Source: a virus
DNA length: 39,698 nt
Strand: one strand, 5' to 3'
Virus record (IMG/VR): IMGVR_UViG_3300021057_000023
Span: 1-39,698 of that record
Each line of letters opens with the position of its first letter. Position 1 is the first letter of the stretch. The notes beneath the pieces were generated by a model, which saw only the letters and a list, made by a program, of their open reading frames with translations, ran no database searches and was not told the DNA's origin. The translations under genes were made by a program, and so were the position numbers. Positions 32,846 through 39,698 of the stretch are shown here, piece after piece.

Positions 32846-33751
32846 ATGCCGGCGCCATCGCTGACGTACACGCTCACTAACGGCTCGACCGCGGACGCGA
32901 GTCAGGTCATGCAGGACCTGAACGATCTGCTCAACGGCATCACCGACGGCACGAAAGACCTCTCCATCTCGGCGCTCACCGTCGCCGGCACGCTGACTGC
33001 CAACGGCAACGTCAACCTGGGCAACGCCTCGGGCGACGACCTGACGATCACGGCGTCGCTGGCGTCGACAATCCCCATCAAGACGACGGCGAGCTATGAC
33101 ATCGGCTCGTCGACACTTGGCCTCCGGGCGATCTACTTCGGCCGCAACGGCCAGACGGTGAACGTCGTCGGCTCGTCGTCCATGTCGGCGACGTGGACCT
33201 TGACGCTCCCGGTGTCGGCGGGGACGGCGAACTACCTGCTCACCACCAACGGCTCGGGCGTGACGTCGTGGACGGCCATCTCGGACTCGAACTTTCTCGC
33301 GACCTCGTCGGCCGGTGGCACCGTCTCCTATTACGCCGACAACGGCACGTTCACGCCGACGCTCAAGGGCTCTACGGCAGATCCGACGAGTATCAGCTAC
33401 ACGGCGCAGCACGGCTTCTACGTGCGTATCGGCAAGCTAGTCGTCATGTGGGGCCGCCTCGGCTGGGACGCGGCCACGGGCGGGACAGGGACGCTTCGCG
33501 TCGGCGCCATCCCGTTTGCGGCGACCGGGACCTCGAACTACCGTGCCCAGATTTTCCTCGCGACCTCGAACATCGCGCAGTCGGGGATCACGAGCGACGG
33601 CTGGTTCACTGGCGAGATCGAGGCGAGCCAGCAGTTCATAAACGTCAACCACTCCTACGAGGGCTCCGGCCAGGCGTCAACCTCGGTCGGCGACAACAAC
33701 GGCGCCGTGGCGCGCACGATCTTCTTCTCCGGCTGCTACCTCGTCGCCTGA
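32846..33751 (+). CDS. Tail fibre / receptor-binding protein
   Basis: N-terminus TNGSTADASQVMQDLNDLLNGI is a typical tail-fibre N-terminal motif. The body is S/T/G-rich and beta-like, and the gene is the last structural gene. Confidence 0.65.
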   Translation: MPAPSLTYTLTNGSTADASQVMQDLNDLLNGITDGTKDLSISALTVAGTLTANGNVNLGNASGDDLTITASLASTIPIKTTASYDIGSSTLGLRAIYFGRNGQTVNVVGSSSMSATWTLTLPVSAGTANYLLTTNGSGVTSWTAISDSNFLATSSAGGTVSYYADNGTFTPTLKGSTADPTSISYTAQHGFYVRIGKLVVMWGRLGWDAATGGTGTLRVGAIPFAATGTSNYRAQIFLATSNIAQSGITSDGWFTGEIEASQQFINVNHSYEGSGQASTSVGDNNGAVARTIFFSGCYLVA

Positions 33752-33756
33752 GCATT

Positions 33757-33773
33757 GCCTCGGACCCCGAGGC
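33757..33773 (+). terminator. Hairpin after the tail fibre gene
   Basis: GCCTCGG-acc-CCGAGGC. No clear T tract follows. Confidence 0.3.
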
Positions 33774-33786
33774 CTGCTACCCTGCC

Positions 33787-33805
33787 CGATAAATCAGATT
33801 TATCG
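33787..33805. promoter_or_regulatory. Perfect 19-bp palindrome upstream of the sugar cassette
   Basis: CGATAAATC-A-GATTTATCG in a locally AT-rich segment. GATTT recurs twice more before the ATG at 33823. Confidence 0.4.
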
Positions 33806-33822
33806 CCGTCGGATTTCTATTG

Positions 33823-34101
33823 ATGGATTTAATCACCTGGGCTCTCGCCCTCGGCCTATTAACCGTCGTGCAGGCCGCAGGGTTCATGGCCTGGCGTCTC
33901 CGAAGGGAGCGCCAGGCCTATAGCGCAGCGCTCGCCGCCCATGAAAAGCGCGCCGCCGAGCAGCTAGCCGCAGCCGAGAAGGCGCCGGCACCGACCCATG
34001 ACGCCAAGCGCGTCTTGGCCGCCCTGGCGTCCTCGTCGGCCATCGTCCGCATCGACGTCCTCGATCCGGGGGACTTCTTCATCCGCTCACCACGGGGGTA
34101 G
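33823..34101 (+). CDS. Membrane-anchored hypothetical protein (92 aa)
   Basis: N-terminal hydrophobic stretch LITWALALGLLTVVQAAGFMAW. It is the first gene of the cassette. Confidence 0.55.
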   Translation: MDLITWALALGLLTVVQAAGFMAWRLRRERQAYSAALAAHEKRAAEQLAAAEKAPAPTHDAKRVLAALASSSAIVRIDVLDPGDFFIRSPRG

Positions 34102-34103
34102 CG

Positions 34104-34997
34104 ATGCGCTACGTCATCGTCGGCGGCACGGGGACCATGGGCCGGGCGCTCACCAAGGCGCTCTTGGCCAGGAAAGACACCGAGCGCGTCCTCATCGTCT
34201 CGCGCGGGGAGCTAAAGCAAAAGGAGCTTAGGGACGCCAACCCCGGCGAGTACGCGCGTGGGCGCCTGCGCTTTGTGATCGGCGACGTGCGCGACAAAGA
34301 CGCGATGTACGAGGCGATCGACCCGGGCGTCTCGGCCGTCTTTCTCTGCGCGGCTTTGAAGCACGTCGACGTCGCCGAGGACAACCCGCTAGAGGCCCTG
34401 AAAACCAACGCTCTCGGCGTCGCCAACGTCGCCGAGGCGGCGATGACGGCCGACGTCCCGCACGTCGTCTTCAGCTCGACCGACAAGGCCTGTCTGCCGG
34501 TGAACGCCTACGGCATGAGCAAGGCCTGGGCCGAGCGGTATCTGTGGGCCATGAACCGCCGGCAGGTGGGCACCCGCTTTGCCGTCTACCGCTGGGGGAA
34601 CGTCCTGGGCTCGCGCGGCTCGGTGATCCACGACTTCATCCGAACGCTTGAAACCTCGCGCTCGGTCTCGGTCACCGACCCTCGGATGACGCGCTTTTGG
34701 CTCAAGATCGAGGAGGCCGTCGCCTTCATGCTCTCGACCTACCGCGACGCCGCCCCTGATCGGCCGATGATTCCCAAGATGCGGGCCTCGAGCGTCATGG
34801 AGCTGGCCGAGGCGACCGCCCGGCTCATGAAGATGACCGACTTCGAGGTCAAGGTGGTCGGCATCCGCAACGGCGAGAAGCTTCACGAGACCATCGAATC
34901 GACGCACGAGAAGTGCCTCAGGTCCGACACGGCCGAACGCTTCTCGAAAGAGGACCTTGAGGCCCTCATTGCTCCGCTCATCGAGGGCTGCGCGTGA
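34104..34997 (+). CDS. pseB: PseB/FlaA1/CapD-type UDP-GlcNAc 4,6-dehydratase (short-chain dehydrogenase fold)
   Basis: VGGTGTMG, GDVRDKD, AALKHVDVAEDNPLEALKTN, STDKACLPVNAYGMSKAWAE, RWGNVLGSRGSVIHDF, TDPRMTRFW and GIRNGEKLHE follow the Polysacc_synt_2 pattern. Confidence 0.8.
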   Translation: MRYVIVGGTGTMGRALTKALLARKDTERVLIVSRGELKQKELRDANPGEYARGRLRFVIGDVRDKDAMYEAIDPGVSAVFLCAALKHVDVAEDNPLEALKTNALGVANVAEAAMTADVPHVVFSSTDKACLPVNAYGMSKAWAERYLWAMNRRQVGTRFAVYRWGNVLGSRGSVIHDFIRTLETSRSVSVTDPRMTRFWLKIEEAVAFMLSTYRDAAPDRPMIPKMRASSVMELAEATARLMKMTDFEVKVVGIRNGEKLHETIESTHEKCLRSDTAERFSKEDLEALIAPLIEGCA

Positions 34998-35617
34998 GAA
35001 AGGTCTGCCTCGTCGGTCACCGCGGCGGCATGGGTCGCCGCTATCAGGCGGTCCTCAAGCACCTCGGCTACCGGGTCGTCGGCCACGACTTGGCCGACGG
35101 CTACAAGCCCCTGCGCGTCCGTATCGCCGAAGCCCAGGGATGCGACGGGGTACTCATCGCCACGCCGACCGACGCCCACATTGCGTCCATCCACGAGTAC
35201 ATGCGCGCCGGGCGCCCCATCCTCTGCGAGAAGCCCATCTCCCGCGACCCCTTTGCGCTGCGCGCGCTCTTAGACGACGTGCAGGCCCGAAAGGCGCCGC
35301 TCCAGATGGTCCGCCAGTACGAGAGGCTGGTGGAGGAGAAGGACGAGGGCCTCACCGAGTACGACTACTTTCGCTCAGGATCGGACGGCCTCCATTGGGA
35401 CTGCATCTCGATCGTGTCGCTGGCCAAGGGGACGGTCCGGCTGGCAAGCGAGAGCCCCCTGTGGAAGTGCCAGATCAACGGCCGGCGTCTGTCGCTTGCC
35501 GACATGGACCGTGCCTACGTGGAGATGGTGGACGAATGGCTGAAGGCCCCGCGCGACGACTCCGGGCGGCTCATGGAGTGGCACCTGAAGGTCGCCCAGA
35601 TGAAGGCCTCGGCGTGA
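34994..35617 (+). CDS. Gfo/Idh/MocA-family NAD(P)-dependent oxidoreductase (short form)
   Basis: KVCLVGHRGGMGRRY and LIATPTDAHIASIHEYMRAGRPILCEKPIS match the family signature. GTGA overlap. Confidence 0.65.
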   Translation: MRKVCLVGHRGGMGRRYQAVLKHLGYRVVGHDLADGYKPLRVRIAEAQGCDGVLIATPTDAHIASIHEYMRAGRPILCEKPISRDPFALRALLDDVQARKAPLQMVRQYERLVEEKDEGLTEYDYFRSGSDGLHWDCISIVSLAKGTVRLASESPLWKCQINGRRLSLADMDRAYVEMVDEWLKAPRDDSGRLMEWHLKVAQMKASA

Positions 35618-36345
35618 AGACGGTACTCATCGGCATCCAGGCCCGGTCGACCTCGACGCGGCTGCCGAGAAAGGCGTTTGCCACGATCGGCGATCGGATG
35701 CTCCTAGACCACGTCTTGAAGGCCTGTAAGGACTCGGCCTTTTACCTCAACAACGCGCGCCGCCGGACCCAACTGGCCCGCGTGGCCCTGCTCGTGCCCG
35801 AGGGCGATCCGATCGCCGCGGCCTTTCGCGACCGCTGCTACATCGTCGAAGGCCCCGAGGACGACGTCCTGACGCGCTATGCTTACGCCGCCCAGGAGTT
35901 TAGCGCCCACTACGTGGTCCGAATCACGGCCGACTGCCCCAAGATCCCGCCCTACGTGATCTCGGCCCACGTCGCTCGTGCCCTGGCACCCGGGACGCCG
36001 CTCGACTATCTGTCCAACGTCGACGAGGACGCCCGCACGTCGCCCGACGGCCACGACTGCGAGGTCATCAGCCGGCGGCTTCTGGACCACGTCCACGCCG
36101 AGGCGAAGTCGGCCTTTGACAGAGAGCACGTGACGACCTTCATCCGCCGCGGCGTGAGAGAGAGGACGCTCTCTAGGGACTTTCGCTGCAAGGTGACCGT
36201 GGGCTTTACCGACGACTCGGCCAAAAAGCTTTCCGTCGACACCGAGGACGACCTAAGGCGCGTCAGAGAGGATGACGACCGCGTCGAGGCCAAGATCCGC
36301 CGGGGCCTTGAGATCTACGGCCCCGAGGGAGTCCTGCGCCTATGA
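35614..36345 (+). CDS. pseF: SpsF/PseF-like cytidylyltransferase (CTP_transf_3 family), putative CMP-sugar synthetase
   Basis: LIGIQARSTSTRLPRKAF...DDVLTRY...VVRITADCPKIPP matches the IQAR.gStRLPgK / RiTaDcP pattern. GTGA overlap at 35614. The track's 462-aa ORF is an artefactual upstream extension. Confidence 0.7.
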   Translation: MKTVLIGIQARSTSTRLPRKAFATIGDRMLLDHVLKACKDSAFYLNNARRRTQLARVALLVPEGDPIAAAFRDRCYIVEGPEDDVLTRYAYAAQEFSAHYVVRITADCPKIPPYVISAHVARALAPGTPLDYLSNVDEDARTSPDGHDCEVISRRLLDHVHAEAKSAFDREHVTTFIRRGVRERTLSRDFRCKVTVGFTDDSAKKLSVDTEDDLRRVREDDDRVEAKIRRGLEIYGPEGVLRL

Positions 36346-37553
36346 TCGACTTCTCGGATCAGCGCCGCGCCAATCTCTCGATCGCGCAAGGGGCGCTCAC
36401 CAACTCCAAGCGCCCTGAGATCTTCGTAAAGGGCGTCTACCCCACGCACGTCATCCGCGGCCGAGGCTGCTTTCTCTGGGACACGGCTGGCCGCAAGTAC
36501 GTGGACTTTGTCTGCGGCCTGGGCTCGAACCTCCTGGGCTACGCGCACGAGACCATTACGTCGGCCGTGATCTCGCAGATGGGCGCCGGTACGACGCTCT
36601 CGCTCTCGACCGTGCTCGAGATGGAGGTGGCCGAGCGGATCAAGGGCCTCGTGCCCTTCATTGACGCCGTGAAGTTCCTAAAGACCGGCACCGAGGCCTG
36701 CATGGCGGCGATCAAGATTGCCCGGGCCAAGACAGGCAGAAGGCTAGTCTTATCAGATGGATACCATGGCTGGTCGGACCCCTTCGTCTCGCTCACGCCG
36801 CCCGCCGCCGGCGTCGTCCCCGACTCTAAGTCGCTCTGCGTGGCCAAGCTCACCGACTTCTCGCAGATCACGCCGTCGGTGGCCGCGGTCATCGTCGAGC
36901 CCGTCGTCACCGACTGGTCGGCCGAGCGCCGCCGCTATCTTGAGCAGCTGCGCGCGGCCTGCGATCGGGCCGGCGCGCTCCTCATCTACGACGAGGTCAT
37001 CACCGGCTGGCGCTGGCCGAGCTACACGGTCGCGCAGGCCTGGGGCGTGACGCCGGATCTCATCTGCCTCGGCAAGGCCATCGGCGGGGGGCTGCCGCTG
37101 TCGGTCGTCGGTGGCAAGTACGCCGTGATGAATGGCTCTGAGTACTTCGTCTCGTCCACGTTCGCCGGCGACCAGGCGGCCCTGGCGGCGGCCAACTCGG
37201 TCATGGCTCTGCTCGGGGGTCGTTACTCGCTCTCGCGCCTTTGGGAGCAGGGGGCGGCGTTTCTCGAGCGCTTCAATCGCCTCTGGCCGGACGCCGTCAA
37301 GATCGTCGGCTATCCCACCCGCGGCGCCTTCCAGGGGGACGCCGGGGTCAAGGCGCTGCTGTGGCAGGAGGCCTGCCGCGCGGGGATTCTGCTCGGGCCA
37401 TCGTGGTTCTACTGCTTCCCGCACATCGACGAGCAGGAGGCCGTCCTGGGGACCTTGGCGGACATCATGAAGCGCATCCGCGCGGGCCAGGTGGAACTGA
37501 AAGGCGAGCCGCCGCGCTCGCCGTTTGCCGCACAGGTGAGGGGGAAGGCGTGA
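36342..37553 (+). CDS. Class-III PLP-dependent aminotransferase (glutamate-1-semialdehyde aminomutase-like)
   Basis: DFVCGLGSNLLGY, DEVITGWRW and LGKAIGGGLPLSVVGGK (Schiff-base Lys context) are typical Aminotran_3 motifs. ATGA overlap. Confidence 0.75.
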   Translation: MIDFSDQRRANLSIAQGALTNSKRPEIFVKGVYPTHVIRGRGCFLWDTAGRKYVDFVCGLGSNLLGYAHETITSAVISQMGAGTTLSLSTVLEMEVAERIKGLVPFIDAVKFLKTGTEACMAAIKIARAKTGRRLVLSDGYHGWSDPFVSLTPPAAGVVPDSKSLCVAKLTDFSQITPSVAAVIVEPVVTDWSAERRRYLEQLRAACDRAGALLIYDEVITGWRWPSYTVAQAWGVTPDLICLGKAIGGGLPLSVVGGKYAVMNGSEYFVSSTFAGDQAALAAANSVMALLGGRYSLSRLWEQGAAFLERFNRLWPDAVKIVGYPTRGAFQGDAGVKALLWQEACRAGILLGPSWFYCFPHIDEQEAVLGTLADIMKRIRAGQVELKGEPPRSPFAAQVRGKA

Positions 37554-38320
37554 ACGTGACCTTGGAGCTCGGACCGCTCGAGAGCTGCCTCATCGAGACG
37601 TTTCGCCGCTGGCGTAACGATCCTCGGATCTGGCGGTGGACGAGACAGAACGACTTCATCTCGGACATCTCGCAGCGCGACTGGCTAGACCGCATGGCCA
37701 AGTGCAACCAGACGCGCATGTACCAGATCAACCTGCGGATCGACGACAGGCCCGCAGAGCCCGTTGGCGTCTGCGGCCTCACCAACATCGACTGGGGGAA
37801 CCGCCGGACCGAGCTGTCGCTCTATATCGCGCCCGAGCACCATCGCAAAGGCTTTGGCCGCAGGGCCTGCGATCTGCTCCTCATGCACGCCTTCGTGAAC
37901 CTCAACCTCAGGCTCGTCTGGGCTGAGAGCTTCGACGGGAATCCTGCGATCAAGATGTTCGAGAGCCTGGGGTTTGTTCGCGAGGGCACCCGGCGTGACT
38001 TCTACTGGAAGGACGGCAGATATTGGAACGCCCACCTTCTTTCGATCAAGGTAGACGAATGGATTACCTCGAAATCGCCCACCTCGCCATCAGCCTCGCC
38101 ATCCTCGTCCTCATCGCCATCGGCTTCCGTAGCTCCCTTGGATGCAGCCGTCAGCACGCCCCAGAAGATCGCGACCGCCATGAGGCGCCCGCGCGGCAGG
38201 CCCCGGAGGCTAGGCCAACCCCTCCCCCCGGCAGCGCCTACGCCGGCCCCCCTAGAGCCGCTAGCGGAAGCGGCAAGCGACGCCCCATCGCCATCGACGA
38301 CGCCCGGGCTTACCGGCTAG
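37550..38320 (+). CDS. pseH: GNAT-family N-acetyltransferase (PseH-like) with a 90-aa S/P-rich readthrough tail
   Basis: RRWRNDPRIWRW....ISQRDWLDRM....VGVCGLTNIDWGNRRTELSLYI..EHHRKGFGRRA......NLRLVWAESFDGNPAIKMFESLGFVREG. The domain ends near 38050 and the rest overlaps a better-coded ORF in another frame. Confidence 0.65.
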   Translation: MNVTLELGPLESCLIETFRRWRNDPRIWRWTRQNDFISDISQRDWLDRMAKCNQTRMYQINLRIDDRPAEPVGVCGLTNIDWGNRRTELSLYIAPEHHRKGFGRRACDLLLMHAFVNLNLRLVWAESFDGNPAIKMFESLGFVREGTRRDFYWKDGRYWNAHLLSIKVDEWITSKSPTSPSASPSSSSSPSASVAPLDAAVSTPQKIATAMRRPRGRPRRLGQPLPPAAPTPAPLEPLAEAASDAPSPSTTPGLTG

Positions 38321-38367
38321 AGCGGCGCCGCGAGCGTGAGGCGGCCGACGACGATGGTATAATCTAG
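38059..38367 (+). CDS. Small membrane protein (102 aa) overprinted on the 3' tail of the GNAT ORF
   Basis: MDYLEIAHLAISLAILVLIAIGF is a transmembrane-like helix. Third-position GC is clearly higher in this frame than in the GNAT frame over 38059..38320. Confidence 0.5.
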   Translation: MDYLEIAHLAISLAILVLIAIGFRSSLGCSRQHAPEDRDRHEAPARQAPEARPTPPPGSAYAGPPRAASGSGKRRPIAIDDARAYRLERRREREAADDDGII

Positions 38368-38394
38368 GGCAGACCCGTCCGATCAGGATTTCAG

Positions 38395-38428
38395 AGGCCT
38401 CCACGTCGAAAGACGTCGGGGCCTTTTT
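38395..38428 (+). terminator. Rho-independent terminator closing the sugar cassette
   Basis: AGGCCTCCACGTC-gaaa-GACGTCGGGGCCT followed by TTTTT. The 13-bp stem has one mismatch and one G-U pair, with a GNRA loop. Confidence 0.8.
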
Positions 38429-38515
38429 GGTTCCTATCGGACGGAGCTTTGCGCACTGAGCTCTCCAATACGGATGGCCCCCGGGGCGACTGCGCTTCGG
38501 GGGCCCTTTCCCCCG

Positions 38516-38782
38516 ATGGACGCAATCACCGACAGCTTCATCAAGTGGGCCGTGGGCGCCATCTGCACGGGCGCCGTCTGGCTCGTCAAAACCGTCTGGG
38601 CGACGCGCCGCGACGTCGACCAGGCCTTTCGCAAAATCCGCGCGCTGGAGGCACGCTATGACCGAGGTCATGAGGATCGAGATCCCGCCGCCTGCGCCTG
38701 CCCCCAAGAAGGCCTGGCAGAGCAAAACGGTCTGGACGAACATCGCTCTGGCCGTCGCCCCACTGATCCCGGGGGCGAGTGA
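38516..38782 (+). CDS. Small membrane protein (possible holin partner or antiholin); 3' part overlaps the holin gene
   Basis: MDAITDSFIKWAVGAICTGAVWLVKTVWATRRDVDQAFRKIRALEARY. Coding quality drops after about 38660, where the holin frame takes over. The start could be 38474. Confidence 0.4.
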   Translation: MDAITDSFIKWAVGAICTGAVWLVKTVWATRRDVDQAFRKIRALEARYDRGHEDRDPAACACPQEGLAEQNGLDEHRSGRRPTDPGGE

Positions 38783-38888
38783 GTGGATCGCCGCCAATCC
38801 GGAGACCTTCGGTGCCGTGGTCGGCGTCCTGAACGTCGTCCTTAGGGCCGTGACGACCAGGGGCCTCTCGTGGTCGGTGAAGCTGTGA
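38658..38888 (+). CDS. Holin (putative, two hydrophobic segments)
   Basis: KAWQSKTVWTNIALAVAPLIPGA...FGAVVGVLNVVLRAVTT matches a common small phage holin pattern. It lies immediately upstream of the endolysin with a GTGA overlap. Confidence 0.55.
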   Translation: MTEVMRIEIPPPAPAPKKAWQSKTVWTNIALAVAPLIPGASEWIAANPETFGAVVGVLNVVLRAVTTRGLSWSVKL

Positions 38889-39334
38889 CGATCGAGGTTG
38901 ATCGCGAGCTGATCTATGACCTGGCCCTCTCACTTGTCGGCCTGCCCTACCGATACGGCGGGGCGAGCCCGATGGAGGGCCTCGACTGCTCGGGGCTTTG
39001 TGTCGAGCTCCTTCAGGCCTGGGGCCGGGTAGGTCACGGAACAGACCTCTCGGCTCAGGGCCTGCATGACCGCTTCAAGATGCTGGCCTCGACCTTGGGC
39101 GCCGGCACCAAGCCCGACTTCGGGTGGCTGGCCTTCTACGGCAAGGGGCCGGCCGTGGTGACCCACGTCGGCTTCTGCCTCTCGGGGAACTCGATCCTCG
39201 AGGCCGGCGGCGGCGACGCCCAGACGACGACCTTGGAGGCCGCGATCAAGCGCCGGGCCTTCGTCCGCGTCCGCCCGATCAAATACCGCCGCGACTTTCT
39301 CTGCTGCTATCCCACCGCGCCCGGGGCGGTATAA
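38885..39334 (+). CDS. NlpC/P60-family peptidoglycan endopeptidase (endolysin)
   Basis: GLPYRYGGASPMEGLDCSGLCVELL (catalytic Cys context) and VTHVGFCL (His). The track's alternative start is 38870. Confidence 0.75.
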   Translation: MTIEVDRELIYDLALSLVGLPYRYGGASPMEGLDCSGLCVELLQAWGRVGHGTDLSAQGLHDRFKMLASTLGAGTKPDFGWLAFYGKGPAVVTHVGFCLSGNSILEAGGGDAQTTTLEAAIKRRAFVRVRPIKYRRDFLCCYPTAPGAV

Positions 39335-39378
39335 TAGCGGCATCCCACCACGCCCCTCTCTCGGATGCGCGCCGAAGG

Positions 39379-39418
39379 TCACGCCTGCCCAGCCCCGGCG
39401 GCGGCGTGATTCTTCTCG
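39379..39418. terminator. Terminator hairpin at the end of the late operon, between convergent operons
   Basis: TCACGCCtGCC (39379..39389) pairs with GGCGGCGTGA (39400..39409) with one bulge, followed by ttcttctc. Confidence 0.55.
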
Positions 39419-39420
39419 GC

Positions 39421-39597
39421 CTAGTTGACGGCGTGGAACAGCTCGCGGCGCTCTAGCTCGATCTGCCGGTCGATCTCGGCGAGCCAGGCTTCCAAGGATG
39501 CGCGGCGGCAGTAGTCAACCCACTCCGGCTCAACGGCTTCGAGGCGAGCGAGCTGGGCGAGGATGGCGCGACGTTCTTGGACGAGGACGGCTAACAT
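39421..39597 (-). CDS. Hypothetical 58-aa protein, last gene of the leftward early operon (start lies inside the terminal duplication)
   Basis: ATG at 39597 is preceded by GGGAGGG and the stop is TAG at 39421. Translation is MLAVLVQERRAILAQLARLEAVEPEWVDYCRRASLEAWLAEIDRQIELERRELFHAVN. It falls below the ORF-track size cutoff. Confidence 0.5.
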   Translation of the reverse strand: MLAVLVQERRAILAQLARLEAVEPEWVDYCRRASLEAWLAEIDRQIELERRELFHAVN

Positions 39598-39698
39598 GGG
39601 AATCCCTCCCGGATAAACAGGACGGACGTTTCCCTATATTACCACGAACTCCGCGTCTATTGACTTCTCCGCCCGCTCCTGGAGCCGCTTTCGGAGCG
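39572..39698 (+). repeat. Terminal duplication, copy 2 (identical to 1..127)
   Basis: Exact match to 1..127. The length equals a common maximum assembler k-mer, which suggests a circular contig overlap. Confidence 0.95.

Larger units (their letters stand above)
1..39698. mobile_element. Complete temperate tailed-phage genome (circular assembly, about 39,571 unique bp, podovirus-like structural gene order)
   Basis: Terminase, portal, scaffold, capsid, tail, lysis, integrase, repressor and recombination modules are all present. The window ends overlap by an exact 127 nt. Confidence 0.85.

Noticed and set aside
34957-36345. 462-aa plus-strand ORF that would fuse a long Arg/Pro-rich N-terminus to the cytidylyltransferase
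   Set aside because: The first 219 codons overlap the Gfo/Idh/MocA gene in another frame and look non-coding. The conserved IQARSTSTRLPRK motif begins right after a GTGA-coupled GTG at 35614.

Overview
This high-GC window is a complete temperate tailed-phage genome. The first 127 nt (1..127) are identical to the last 127 nt (39572..39698), so it reads as a circularly closed contig of about 39,571 unique bp. The layout has four parts. (1) A leftward early operon (6613 down to 63, continuing across the junction to 39421) holds about 26 very small genes with overlapping stop/start codons. They include a VRR-NUC nuclease, an HNH-AP2 endonuclease, a Lar-like protein, a CsrA-like protein, Zn-ribbon proteins and small membrane or lipoproteins. 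(2) An immunity and accessory island (6851..8800) holds a HARE-HTH protein, a small hydrophobic peptide, a lipoprotein, an XRE-type repressor, operator-like palindromes and a structured leader. (3) A rightward early operon (8822..12966) holds an Erf-type annealing protein, replication organiser and loader-like proteins and a second CsrA-like protein. It is followed by an attP-like tRNA-Leu 3' fragment and a tyrosine integrase. (4) A long rightward late operon (14397..39334) runs terS, terL, portal, scaffold, capsid, decoration protein, adaptor, nozzle, internal virion proteins, tail fibre, holin and NlpC/P60 endolysin in a T7-like podovirus order. The most unusual content is a nonulosonic-acid (pseudaminic/legionaminic-type) sugar pathway with a Maf/DUF115-type transferase, spread over three sites of the late operon. 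A NeuB-like synthase sits between terS and terL, maf sits directly after the capsid and decoration genes, and an insulated cassette lies between tail fibre and lysis genes (a small membrane-anchored ORF followed by five enzyme genes: PseB-like dehydratase, oxidoreductase, cytidylyltransferase, class-III aminotransferase and GNAT). I infer a phage-encoded glycosylation system, probably acting on virion proteins. All functional calls come from reading motifs in the translations by eye; no database search was run.
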